Origin: Alphaproteobacteria bacterium
GTDB lineage: Bacteria; Pseudomonadota; Alphaproteobacteria; UBA828; JAPUJA01
Length of the DNA stretch: 64,000 nucleotides
Reading direction: 5' to 3'
NCBI GenBank assembly: GCA_963694715.1
Contig: CAVOEB010000002.1
Location: 4,305-68,304, forward strand
The notes beneath the pieces are model-generated. The model saw only the letters and a program-made list of their open reading frames with translations. It searched no databases and was not told the DNA's origin. This document shows, in pieces, positions 21,397 through 29,674 of this stretch. Positions within the stretch are counted from its first letter, which is position 1, and the number at the start of each line of letters is the position of its first letter. Made by a program: the position numbers and the translations under genes.

Positions 21397-21472
21397 TGGC
21401 GTCCCCAGGGGGAGTCGAACCCCCGTTTTCGGCGTGAGAGGCCGACGTCCTAGGCCACTAGACGATGGGGAC
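21397..21472 (-). tRNA. tRNA-Glu (anticodon CUC)
   Basis: Minus-strand sequence GTCCCCATCGTCTAGTGGCCTAGGACGTCGGCCTCTCACGCCGAAAACGGGGGTTCGACTCCCCCTGGGGACGCCA folds as a cloverleaf. Anticodon loop CTCTCAC gives CUC. Close match to E. coli tRNA-Glu. Encoded CCA. Confidence 0.85.
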
Positions 21473-21623
21473 CAGCGGCAAGGGGGCATGTGATAGCCCA
21501 AGGTCGCGGGAAAATCAATTGCGCCGCGTAGCGTCGGGGCCGGATGGCGACACTGCGGACCAGGCGATTGTTCCACCGAAGGCCTCTTCGACCGTCTTAC
21601 CCACACTTGCCCGGCACAGCTTC

Positions 21624-22184
21624 GGGTGGCCTGTGTCGCTGCTGTGCGGCGCATTGGCGCTGAGCATAGCCGGTTGCTCCGACATTCACGCCGACGCGGT
21701 GACCGGCCTGAAGCAGATCGTCGCAGAAATCGACGACACGCCGTCGAACGACATGCTGCTCGCCGACCGGGGCCACAAGGCGCTGAGCGAGGCCAATTAC
21801 CGCGACGCCGAGGTCTATCTGACTTCGGCGCTGGAAGCCAACCCGTCGAATCCCCACGCGCTCCTCAACATGGGCGTCGTCTTCGAGAATACCCAGCGGA
21901 TCGATCAGGCCCGTGAGGTGTATGCCCGGGTCATCCTGATCGATCCTCCAACCGAAGCCGAAAAATCGACCGACGAGGGGATGACCGGCGCGTCGCTTAC
22001 CGAAATCGCACGCCAGAACCTGGTGCGGCTCAACGCGCGCACGGTGGTGCCCGACAAAACACCTCAGTTCTCGACCGGTGCCGCCCGTCTCGAGATTCTG
22101 AACAAAGTGCTAGCCGCCGGTCTGATAAGCACCGGAAAATTCGCCGCCCGGGCGCCGAGAGCCCGGCGCTGCCGCAGAACGTGA
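21624..22184 (+). CDS. TPR-repeat lipoprotein (intact N-terminal part)
   Basis: In-frame GTG at 21624 (the track ORF begins inside the tRNA, so the real start must be later). Lipobox LALSIAGCS, TPR-like repeats. The R-rich C-terminal tail suggests the true reading frame is lost near the 3-prime end. Confidence 0.5.
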   Translation, partial: GWPVSLLCGALALSIAGCSDIHADAVTGLKQIVAEIDDTPSNDMLLADRGHKALSEANYRDAEVYLTSALEANPSNPHALLNMGVVFENTQRIDQAREVYARVILIDPPTEAEKSTDEGMTGASLTEIARQNLVRLNARTVVPDKTPQFSTGAARLEILNKVLAAGLISTGKFAARAPRARRCRRT

Positions 22185-22310
22185 TCCCACCGCTAGCGAG
22201 CTAAATTATCGACCGGCTGTCGAGCCTCGAGCTTTACCGGCAAACCGAACTTATCACCAATCAGGTTTACGGCTTCGAGCGCAGCGCCCTGCTCGAGGCG
22301 TTGTTGCCCA

Positions 22311-22662
22311 TTGCGCCCGCTCCGGTTGCTCCCCGCGCCCCCAACACCCGACGCAAGCGCCCCCGATCCCCTCACGCCGACCCAGACGAGTGTGGCGCCC
22401 GCCGCCTCCAGCGGCGACATGCGCGTGCATATCGCCTCCTATCGCTCGGTCGAAGATACAAAAACGGGGCTGGGCGGAACTGCGCCAGGCCAATGAAGAT
22501 CTGCTGGGCCCTCTTTCGCTCGATATCGCCGAGATCGATCTCGGACCGGGCCAGGGGATATATTACCGGGCCCAGGCCGGCCCGGTTGGCGACATCTCCG
22601 CGGCACAGGCGCTGTGCGCCCAGCTCAAGTCCCGCGAGCTTTACTGCGTGCCGACGATCTGA
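22311..22662 (+). pseudogene. SPOR (peptidoglycan-binding) domain coding region split by a frameshift; probably the original C-terminus of the upstream TPR lipoprotein
   Basis: Track ORF 22311..22496 (frame 0) ends …PAASSGDMRVHIASYRSVEDTKTG. Track ORF 22390..22662 (frame +1) carries GWAELRQANEDLLGPLSLDIAEIDLGPGQGIYYRAQAGPVGDISAAQALCAQLKSRELYCVPTI. Together they form one SPOR domain with the junction at the AAAAACGGGG tract near 22461-22470. Confidence 0.45.
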
Positions 22663-22684
22663 CCTGCCCGCGCAGCGATCTCCA

Positions 22685-23728
22685 TCAAATTTCGAGAAGG
22701 CACCGGGTCGCCGCCAGCAGGGCCGTCACATCGGCGTCTGTGGTGTCGTGCGCACAGACCAACCGAATGGTGGGGCTGGTGGGCGAGCTTTCGGGCCAAC
22801 GATGGAACCCCGCACCCTCGGCCTCGAGCCCCGCGATCACCGGTTCGGGCAGGGTAACGAACATCTCGTTGCCCTCGACCACACCCTCGATATGCGCGCC
22901 CGGCAACGCCGCCAACTCTGCAGCGAGGCGCGCGGTCATGGCGTTCGCGTGGCGCCCCAGATCGAGCCACAACCCGTCCGCCAAATAGGCCTCGAGCTGG
23001 GCCGAGACAAAACGCATCTTTGAGACCAGTTGCCCGGCGCGCTTGCGGTAATAGGCAAGCGGCTCGGCCAGCTCGGTACGAAACAGCACGATCGCCTCGG
23101 CCGCCATGGCGCCGCCCTTGGTTGCGCCAAACGAGAGCATGTCGACGCCGGCCCGCCAGGTGACGTCGGCCGGGGCGCAGTCCAGCGCCGCAACAGCGTT
23201 AGCGAAACGGGCCCCGTCCATGTGGACCGTCATGGCGTGGCCGTGGGCGACATCTGCAAGAGCGGCGATCTGGTCGATGGCGTAGATGCCGCCAGTCTCG
23301 GTCTGCTGGGTCAGGCTGAGTGCGGCGGGCTGGGCGTGATGGACATCGCCGACACCTGAATTGGCGAGCGCGCCAGCCAGGACAACGGGATCGATCTTGC
23401 CCTGCTCGCCGGGCAGGAGTGCCAGCTTGGCTCCGCCCGTGAAGAGCTCGGGCGCGCCGCATTCGTCAGACTCAATATGGGCCGCTTCGTGGCAGTAGAT
23501 CGCCCCGTAGGGCGGGGTTGCCGCCGCAAGCGCCAGGGCGTTCGCTGCCGTGCCCGTGAGCACGGGAAGCACCCGGACCTCGGTCTCGAACAGCGCGCCG
23601 AACAGCCCGTCGAGCCGCGCGGTGATCTCGTCCTCGCCGTAGCCGGCGGCGGAGCGGGCGTTCGCCGCTACGATCGCGTCGAGGATCGCCGGCGCCACCG
23701 CGCCAACATTGTCGCTGCGAAAGTTCAT
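22685..23728 (-). CDS. ltaE: Low-specificity L-threonine aldolase
   Basis: True start MNFRSDNVGAVAPAILDAI at 23728. Threonine aldolase / beta-eliminating lyase family with PLP-lysine region SFGATKGG. Confidence 0.8.
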   Translation of the reverse strand: MNFRSDNVGAVAPAILDAIVAANARSAAGYGEDEITARLDGLFGALFETEVRVLPVLTGTAANALALAAATPPYGAIYCHEAAHIESDECGAPELFTGGAKLALLPGEQGKIDPVVLAGALANSGVGDVHHAQPAALSLTQQTETGGIYAIDQIAALADVAHGHAMTVHMDGARFANAVAALDCAPADVTWRAGVDMLSFGATKGGAMAAEAIVLFRTELAEPLAYYRKRAGQLVSKMRFVSAQLEAYLADGLWLDLGRHANAMTARLAAELAALPGAHIEGVVEGNEMFVTLPEPVIAGLEAEGAGFHRWPESSPTSPTIRLVCAHDTTDADVTALLAATRCLLEI

Positions 23729-24183
23729 GAGTTCTCCTCGTCGCTGCGCACGGGGTAAGCGGTCCAGTCGTCGGTGCGCAGGCCGGTGTCGTGAAACTGG
23801 CGGCCGCCCGCGTCCAGGGCATGGGCCGTCGAATGCACCGCCTGGCCGTCCTCGACCGCAACGATCAGCCAGACCAGATCCGGGTCCCAGGCGAGCTCGA
23901 GATCGGTCTCGGACGGTTGGGCGCGATGATCGCAATGGGAATGATAGACCCCAACGACCCGCTCCTCGGTGCCGCGCAGATCACGGCTGAGATCGATGAA
24001 CAGCTTCGAATCGACTTCGAAGCGGTCGGCCCGGCCGCTGCGGTCGAGATTGGCGCTGGGATGAACAGCGCGGACTTCGATGTCGCTGTCGGGACCACTG
24101 CGCCCGGCAAGGAGGCCGCAACATTCGCGCGGATAGGCGGCTTCGACAGCGTCGACGACCTGCTTGAGCTGGGCCCGGGACAT
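23725..24183 (-). CDS. JAMM/MPN+ (Mov34) family zinc metalloprotease
   Basis: EAAYPRECCGLLAG (E-x-x-G) and HSHCDHRAQPSETD (HxHx7Sx2D JAMM motif) are intact. The stop overlaps the ltaE start (ATGA). Confidence 0.7.
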   Translation of the reverse strand: MSRAQLKQVVDAVEAAYPRECCGLLAGRSGPDSDIEVRAVHPSANLDRSGRADRFEVDSKLFIDLSRDLRGTEERVVGVYHSHCDHRAQPSETDLELAWDPDLVWLIVAVEDGQAVHSTAHALDAGGRQFHDTGLRTDDWTAYPVRSDEENS

Positions 24184-24203
24184 GACCAACATGGCGCGCC
24201 CGC

Positions 24204-24563
24204 CTAGGGGGCGGCCTCGAGGTGGATCGCACCCAGCCGGGCGCCGCTCTCGAGATCGACAACAATCACCCGCTCGCCAGCGTCAGGCACGTCCACGACC
24301 AGGATGAGGCGGCGGCCCTCGATGCTCATGCTCTGGACCCAGCTTCCTGCGGGCAGGCCCAGCGCGCTCGACGCAAACCCGGTGGGTGGGGCGGCCTCGC
24401 TTCCGGGCAGAACCGGCGCAGGCGCGGGCGCGGCGGCGGACGGCGCGGCGCTGTCGCTGGAGACCAATTTCGAGCTGCGCGAGACGATGGTGTAACCCAG
24501 GATGCCGATACCGACGACGATCATGACACCCATGACGATGACGGCGACCTTGAGAAGTTGCAT
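24204..24563 (-). CDS. Hypothetical membrane-anchored protein
   Basis: N-terminal TM helix VAVIVMGVMIVVGIGILGYTIV, a Pro/Ala-rich linker, then a ~50-aa C-terminal domain. GGAGAG lies upstream of the start. First gene of a three-gene minus-strand operon. Confidence 0.45.
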   Translation of the reverse strand: MQLLKVAVIVMGVMIVVGIGILGYTIVSRSSKLVSSDSAAPSAAAPAPAPVLPGSEAAPPTGFASSALGLPAGSWVQSMSIEGRRLILVVDVPDAGERVIVVDLESGARLGAIHLEAAP

Positions 24564-24586
24564 GGTTTCGGTCCACTCTCCACGCT

Positions 24587-25573
24587 ATGACGACGACAAG
24601 CCATCACCAGCTCGATGCCGGGGCCGACGCGGCAGGGCAGCGGCTCGATGTTTTCCTGACCCAGGCGCTGCCCGACCTTTCGCGCTCGCGCCTCAAGGCG
24701 CTGATCCTCGACGGCCGCCTCTCGCGTGACGGCCAGACGATAGCGGACCCCGCATACCGGGTCAAACCGGGCGAGCGCTTCGATCTAGTTCTGCCCGAGG
24801 TGCGCCCCGCGACGCCCGAGGGCCAGGCGATGCCGCTCAGCGTGGTCTATGAAGACGAGGCGCTGATCGTGATCGACAAACCGGCGGGCATGGTCGTCCA
24901 CCCAGCGCCAGGCAACCCGGATCACACCCTGGTCAACGCCCTGATCGCCCATTGCGGCGCCAGCCTCTCGGGCATCGGCGGCGTGCGCCGGCCGGGCATC
25001 GTCCACCGCCTCGACAAGGACACCAGCGGCCTACTGGTCGCCGCCAAGACCGACACCGCCCATCACGGCCTGGCCGAACAGTTCGCCGCCCACAGCCTGA
25101 CCCGGGCCTATCAGGCGCTGGTGTGGGCGGTGCTGCGCCCGGCCGAGGGCGAGATCGAGGGTAATATCGGGCGCAGCCCTAGAAACCGGAAGAAAATGGC
25201 CATCGTGACGCGTGGCGGAAAGCCGGCCCTGACCCATTACCGCCGGTTGGAGACCTTCGGCACGACGCTGGCCTGCCTGACCGAATGCCGGCTCGAAACC
25301 GGGCGTACCCACCAGATTCGGGTTCACCTCACCAGCCTCGGACACCCGGTCATCGGCGATCGGCTCTACGGCCGGGGCCGGCGCCGCGCAGTTGCGAAGG
25401 AAGTGAGCGAAACCGTGCGAACTGCGCTGGCAGGCTTTCCCCGTCAGGCACTGCATGCCGGCCGACTTGGCTTTCGCCACCCCATCGACGACCGGGAGCT
25501 GGAATTCGAAAGCCCTCTGCCCGACGACATGGCCGGACTGCTGAGCGTGCTCCGCGACGCGTCGACCGGCTAG
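24587..25573 (+). CDS. rluD: 23S rRNA pseudouridine synthase, RluA family (RluD)
   Basis: S4 domain followed by the catalytic HRLDKDTSGLLVAAKTD motif. 328 aa. Confidence 0.85.
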   Translation: MTTTSHHQLDAGADAAGQRLDVFLTQALPDLSRSRLKALILDGRLSRDGQTIADPAYRVKPGERFDLVLPEVRPATPEGQAMPLSVVYEDEALIVIDKPAGMVVHPAPGNPDHTLVNALIAHCGASLSGIGGVRRPGIVHRLDKDTSGLLVAAKTDTAHHGLAEQFAAHSLTRAYQALVWAVLRPAEGEIEGNIGRSPRNRKKMAIVTRGGKPALTHYRRLETFGTTLACLTECRLETGRTHQIRVHLTSLGHPVIGDRLYGRGRRRAVAKEVSETVRTALAGFPRQALHAGRLGFRHPIDDRELEFESPLPDDMAGLLSVLRDASTG

Positions 25574-25584
25574 GGCGCGAGCGA

Positions 25585-25615
25585 AAAAAGAAAGGCGGCC
25601 GAAGCCGCCTTTTCC
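25585..25615. terminator. Bidirectional rho-independent terminator between rluD and the first cupin gene
   Basis: AAAAAAG-AAAGGCGGC-cgaa-GCCGCCTTT-TCC: a GC hairpin with A-run and T-run on opposite sides. Confidence 0.5.
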
Positions 25616-25699
25616 AGTCTGTTATCGATCGGTCCCTTCGGGCAAGCCTCCCAAGTACAGCTTCCCGTCGTTCGGCCCGGTTAAGGCCCCGCTCGTAGT

Positions 25700-26089
25700 C
25701 TATTCGGCAGCCACCGCGGCTTCGACCTGGTCGCCGGTGTAGATGAAGAACGCCTTGCGGACTTTGTCGCTGTGAATTGTCCAGGTCACGGTTTCGCCCT
25801 TCGTGGCGTAATGCGTATCGCCGGGGCCGAAGTTGTGCCCGGAGCCGTCGGGGAAGGTGATCGTGATGTTGCCTTCCAGAATGGTCGCCATCTCGTTCCA
25901 GGGATAGGTCGCCTTGAAACTTCCCTTGGTGCATTCCCAAACACCGACGATCAACGGAGTTTCAAGCGAGCCGTAATCGACACGACCGGATTGCTGCGGG
26001 GTGCCGTCAAGAAATTCGGCACCGCTCTCTTCGAGCGAAGGCCACGGATCGAGCCCGCTCTGGGACAGGTTTTGTGCATAATCAAGCAT
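25700..26089 (-). CDS. Cupin-fold protein (cupin_3/DUF861-like), paralog 1
   Basis: Start MLDYAQNL at 26089 with AAAGGA 6 nt upstream. About 80% identical to the next ORF. Confidence 0.7.
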   Translation of the reverse strand: MLDYAQNLSQSGLDPWPSLEESGAEFLDGTPQQSGRVDYGSLETPLIVGVWECTKGSFKATYPWNEMATILEGNITITFPDGSGHNFGPGDTHYATKGETVTWTIHSDKVRKAFFIYTGDQVEAAVAAE

Positions 26090-26213
26090 GGATTTATCCT
26101 TTGGGTTGGGGGCCCGCGACACGCTTCGTGCCGCTCGTTACGGGCCTGGACAGATTGTCGGATCGTCGGGCGCGGATGTCACATTCGGGCAGGACGTGGA
26201 AGCCACCACGCGA

Positions 26214-26241
26214 ACAAAAAAAGGCGGCTTCACGCCGCCTT
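26214..26241 (-). terminator. Rho-independent terminator after cupin paralog 2
   Basis: Minus-strand hairpin AAGGCGGCGTGAAGCCGCCTT followed by TTTTTTTGT. Confidence 0.5.
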
Positions 26242-26312
26242 CTGGATAGTCCCGGTCGTCTATGACCGTCCTGCAAGCCTCTCAAACCACTTGCTTCGTT
26301 TGTTTTTGCCGG

Positions 26313-26717
26313 TTATTCGGCCGCGACCGAAGCCTCGACCTGATCGCCGGTGTAGATGAAAAACGCCTTACGGACCTTCTCGCTGTGGATCGTCCAGGTC
26401 ACGGTATCGCCCTTCGTGGCGTAATGCGTGTCGCCGGGGCCGAAGTCGTGCGAAGAACCGTCCGGGAAGGTGATCGTGATATTGCCCTCAAGGATGGTGG
26501 CAAGCTCGTTCCAGGGATAGCTCACCTTGAAGCTGCCCTGGGTGCACTGCCAAACGCCAACGATCAACGGGGTCTCGAGCGAGCCGTAGTCGATGCGGCC
26601 GGACTGTGCGGGGCTGCCGCTCAGGATCTCGGCGCCGATCTCCTCGAGCGGATGCCACTGCTCTAGCCCATCCTGGGAAAGATTTTGTGCGTAATCAAGC
26701 ATAGGGGTCTCCCTCAA
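26313..26717 (-). CDS. Cupin-fold protein (cupin_3/DUF861-like), paralog 2
   Basis: 134 aa, near-identical to paralog 1 over most of its length (…GSLETPLIVGVW.CT.GSFK.YPWNE.ATILEGNITITFPDGS.H.FGPGDTHYATKG.TVTWTIHS.KVRKAFFIYTGDQVEA.VAAE). Confidence 0.7.
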   Translation of the reverse strand: MRETPMLDYAQNLSQDGLEQWHPLEEIGAEILSGSPAQSGRIDYGSLETPLIVGVWQCTQGSFKVSYPWNELATILEGNITITFPDGSSHDFGPGDTHYATKGDTVTWTIHSEKVRKAFFIYTGDQVEASVAAE

Positions 26718-26764
26718 TAAAAATTGCGTTCCGCGACGGATCGTCCGGGCGGAGTCTGCGGCGG

Positions 26765-26793
26765 ATTATGTTGCCGGACCCCTTGCCTGTCAA
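26765..26793 (-). promoter_or_regulatory. Sigma70-like promoter for cupin paralog 2
   Basis: Minus strand TTGACA-N17-CATAAT, about 75 nt upstream of the start. Confidence 0.35.
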
Positions 26794-26903
26794 CCGAGAA
26801 AACCACCACTCCGGCACATCATAATTTCTAAAAATCGTATGTTTTCAACGCCTTGATGATTTTAGAGACGCCGCTTCGTGTGCGGCCCGCTGTCGCAGGC
26901 GGG

Positions 26904-27287
26904 TCACGCCGCGGCGCGCGACGGCGCGACGTTCTGCAGACAGAATATCTTGCGGAAGGTCTCGGTCACCTCCCAGATTTCCGTGTCGCCCTTGGGTGTG
27001 AAAACCGTATCGCCGGGACCGACCTCGTAGGTTTGCCCCGCGGGATCGGTGATGCGCGCGCGGCCCGCGAGCACGATGTAGGTTTCGTCGCCCTGGCCGG
27101 TCCAACTCATGGTTCCCGGCGTGCATTCCCAGATCCCGACCTGTGTTGCGCTCTCGGCGGTGCCCACGTCGAGGCGGCCCGACTGGTGCGGATCGCCGGC
27201 GACTACCGCGGCATAATCAAGCTCGTCGAACGGTTCCCAGGCTTCGAGTTCGCCGCCATCGCGGCCATCGGCCCTGTATTGAAGCAT
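26904..27287 (-). CDS. Cupin-fold protein, divergent paralog 3
   Basis: 127 aa. Shares the …GSLETPLIVG(I)WECTPG…FTPKGDT..W…RK.F motif skeleton with paralogs 1 and 2 at roughly 35-40% identity. Confidence 0.6.
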   Translation of the reverse strand: MLQYRADGRDGGELEAWEPFDELDYAAVVAGDPHQSGRLDVGTAESATQVGIWECTPGTMSWTGQGDETYIVLAGRARITDPAGQTYEVGPGDTVFTPKGDTEIWEVTETFRKIFCLQNVAPSRAAA

Positions 27288-27495
27288 GATCCTCTCCCTC
27301 CCCTATTCTGCCGTTAAGCCCGCTCGATTGTCGGGCTCCCGTCGGGACGCTGTCAATGGAGCGGAACTGGACATTGGGATTTGTAGGTTCCCGGCTACTT
27401 TCCGTTCACGATTTATTGACCGGCTACGGGTCACAATTCCGCCGCGTCCCCCCATATAACAGGCGTCCAAGGGCGTTGTGCGATGTGCAATTTCC

Positions 27496-27525
27496 TTGAC
27501 AAATTGAGAACAAAGCGGGTAGATT
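27496..27525 (+). promoter_or_regulatory. Sigma70-like promoter of rpoH
   Basis: TTGACA (27496-27501), 18-nt spacer, TAGATT (27520-27525). Confidence 0.4.
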
Positions 27526-27550
27526 AGCACTCGATAGGCGAGAGTGCCAA
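27524..27550. promoter_or_regulatory. CIRCE-like inverted repeat (HrcA operator) overlapping the rpoH -10 region
   Basis: TTAGCACTC-gataggcga-GAGTGCCAA versus consensus TTAGCACTC-N9-GAGTGCTAA: 1 mismatch, correct 9-nt spacer. Confidence 0.45.
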
Positions 27551-27585
27551 TAATCCCGCCGGTCAGAATAGAACAGGTGAAAATC

Positions 27586-28491
27586 ATGGCTGTCGCACGC
27601 GTTCCCAGCATCTCCTCGGACACCGGTCTGTCGCAATATCTGCGCGAGATCCGCAAGTTTCCGATGCTTGAGCCAGGTCAGGAGTATGCGCTGGCCAAGC
27701 GGTTTCAGGAGGACGGCGACGTCGACGCGGCCCACCAGCTGGTGACCAGCCATCTGCGCCTGGTGGCTAAGATCGCGATGGGCTTTCGCGGCTATGGCCT
27801 GCCGGTCAACGAGCTGATCTCCGAAGGCAATGTCGGCATGATGCAGGCGGTTAAGCGTTTCGACCCGGAACGCGGCTTTCGCCTCGCGACCTACGCCATG
27901 TGGTGGATCCGCGCCTCGATCCAGGAATATGTCCTGCGGTCCTGGTCGCTCGTGAAGATGGGGACCACGGCGGCGCAGAAGAAGCTGTTCTTCAATCTGC
28001 GCAAGATCAAGGGCGAGCTCAAGGCCTTGGATGCGGGCGATCTGACGCCTGAGCATACGCGTCAAATCGCCGAACGCCTTGGCGTCTCGGAGACCGAGGT
28101 GACCAACATGAACCGCCGGCTGTCCGGCCCAGACCAGTCGCTTAATGCGCCGCTCCGCGAAAACGGCGAGGGCGAATGGCAGGATTGGCTGGAGGAGAGC
28201 TCGGTCGATCAGGAAACCCAACTGGGCGAATTCCAGGAGACGGCCCAGCGCCGGCGCATGTTGAACGACGCCATGGCAGACCTCAAGGATCGTGAGCGCC
28301 ACATCCTGGTCGAGCGGCGCCTGAGCGAGGAGCCCAAGACCCTGGAGGAGCTCAGCCAGCAATACGGCATCTCGCGCGAACGCGTGCGCCAGATCGAGGC
28401 CCGTGCCTTTGAGAAACTCCAGAAGGCCATGGTCGCCTCCGAAGCGGAAGAACGCCGACAGGCCCGCGAGGCGATTCCGCCCGCGTCCTAA
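27586..28491 (+). CDS. rpoH: RNA polymerase sigma-32 (heat-shock sigma factor)
   Basis: Start MAVARVPSISSDTGLSQYLREIRKFPML. RpoH box region QRKLFFNLRKIKGEL and regions 2-4 all present. Confidence 0.85.
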   Translation: MAVARVPSISSDTGLSQYLREIRKFPMLEPGQEYALAKRFQEDGDVDAAHQLVTSHLRLVAKIAMGFRGYGLPVNELISEGNVGMMQAVKRFDPERGFRLATYAMWWIRASIQEYVLRSWSLVKMGTTAAQKKLFFNLRKIKGELKALDAGDLTPEHTRQIAERLGVSETEVTNMNRRLSGPDQSLNAPLRENGEGEWQDWLEESSVDQETQLGEFQETAQRRRMLNDAMADLKDRERHILVERRLSEEPKTLEELSQQYGISRERVRQIEARAFEKLQKAMVASEAEERRQAREAIPPAS

Positions 28492-28526
28492 ACCGTAGCG
28501 CTCGAAAAACGTTGTTTCGGAATGAT

Positions 28527-28557
28527 CGGGGCCGGCCTTACGCCGGCCCTTTATTTT
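28527..28557. terminator. Terminator hairpin between convergent rpoH and the 28551 membrane-protein gene
   Basis: GGGGCCGGC-ctta-CGCCGGCCC followed by TTTATTTT. Confidence 0.45.
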
Positions 28558-29066
28558 AAGATCTCGGTCTTGTCGCGTAGAGCTAAATCCCAACCCTGTT
28601 CGAGTGCCGCGTCTTCGGCACGTAGCCGGTTAGCGAGATATTGCAGCATGGTCTGGACAAATACGGTGGTCAGGATCGGCGCGAGCCAGACGAGGCCCCA
28701 GCCGATCGCTGCCGCTCCGTACATGGCAAAAAAATTGAACGGGTTAATGAGGTGGGCCACGGTGCGGTCCATGCCGAGGCCGCCCTGCCAGAGCCCCAGC
28801 ACCACGGGCGCAACGCCCGCGGAATTCAGCGTCGCAACACATTGAAAGGTGTGCCGCCCCGGCCGGTTCTCGACGACGAAAGCAACGATCGCCGGCAGCA
28901 TGCCAGCCAGAACCGTCAAGACCATGGGCATCGAGACCATCGATCCGAGCCCGGTGGCAACCATAAGTATCGAAATCACCGTAAAGGCGCGTAGCGGCCG
29001 GCCAGTCGGTCGCGCCACTGTTGCCGCTCCGCGGCGGGGCGCTCCCAAGGCGCCCGACTTACTCAC
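28551..29066 (-). CDS. Hypothetical polytopic membrane protein
   Basis: 171 aa with 4 predicted hydrophobic helices. Its start overlaps the stop of the upstream ORF (ATGA). Confidence 0.5.
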   Translation of the reverse strand: MSKSGALGAPRRGAATVARPTGRPLRAFTVISILMVATGLGSMVSMPMVLTVLAGMLPAIVAFVVENRPGRHTFQCVATLNSAGVAPVVLGLWQGGLGMDRTVAHLINPFNFFAMYGAAAIGWGLVWLAPILTTVFVQTMLQYLANRLRAEDAALEQGWDLALRDKTEILK

Positions 29067-29509
29067 GGCATTCCCCGAAAGGCGAAACCGAACACAGCGA
29101 TAGCCAAAAGCAGGTAGAAGGTGCCCGTCGCAATCCGGTGACCGTAATATTCGGCGATCGCCTGGGGTGCGTCATCCTGCTTGTCGATCCGGGCGATCTC
29201 CGCTCGGATCTGGGGCCGGCGCGCCACCGCAGCGCGAAAACCTTGCCGGCCACGCTGTGCGCGCACGGGATTGGTCGCGGCATGAAACAGCCGGGCCAGC
29301 GAACCGTTCGATGCGGCAACCGCGAGATCCTGCTTGAGCTGACGGCGCAGCCCGCGATTGCGCAAGTTCTCAGCCGCTCTGGCCAGGCGCGCCGCCAGCC
29401 AACGGGCCAGGTTGGGAAGCTTGCGTACGCCGGAGCGCTGCTGAACTAGCGCGAGTACGGTAAGCGCAGCGACTGCGTCGCGCCCCGTATCGGCAGCGGT
29501 CGGGCCCAT
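29063..29509 (-). CDS. Hypothetical protein with a C-terminal transmembrane anchor
   Basis: 148 aa with an Arg/Ala-rich soluble part and the terminal helix TFYLLLAIAVFGFAFRG. Translationally coupled to the downstream membrane protein. Confidence 0.45.
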   Translation of the reverse strand: MGPTAADTGRDAVAALTVLALVQQRSGVRKLPNLARWLAARLARAAENLRNRGLRRQLKQDLAVAASNGSLARLFHAATNPVRAQRGRQGFRAAVARRPQIRAEIARIDKQDDAPQAIAEYYGHRIATGTFYLLLAIAVFGFAFRGMP

Positions 29510-29674
29510 CGCCTGCAGTTCTTCCTGATCGGGAATGGTGAGCCGGCTGCCGATGAAGGCAGCGACCTGCTTGTCGAACGGACTGACCTTGGGATCATAA
29601 GATTTCGCCGCGGCCTCGAGGCCTTCAAGCAGGCTATCGAAATCGTCGGCCCAGCGACCCTCGAGAAGCGGCGT

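Noticed and set aside
22185-22662. Treating the SPOR fragment as an independent intact small gene with a TTG start
   Set aside because: The domain is split across two frames, and there is no signal peptide or TM segment for export. More parsimonious as the disrupted tail of the upstream TPR lipoprotein.
22301-23023. 240-aa plus-strand ORF
   Set aside because: Mostly antisense to ltaE. Its 5-prime part is just another frame of the Pro-rich linker of the broken SPOR gene.
29510-29671. Upstream in-frame extension of the 148-aa ORF
   Set aside because: The frame is open back to 29671 but contains no ATG, GTG or TTG start before 29509, so the ATG at 29509 is retained.
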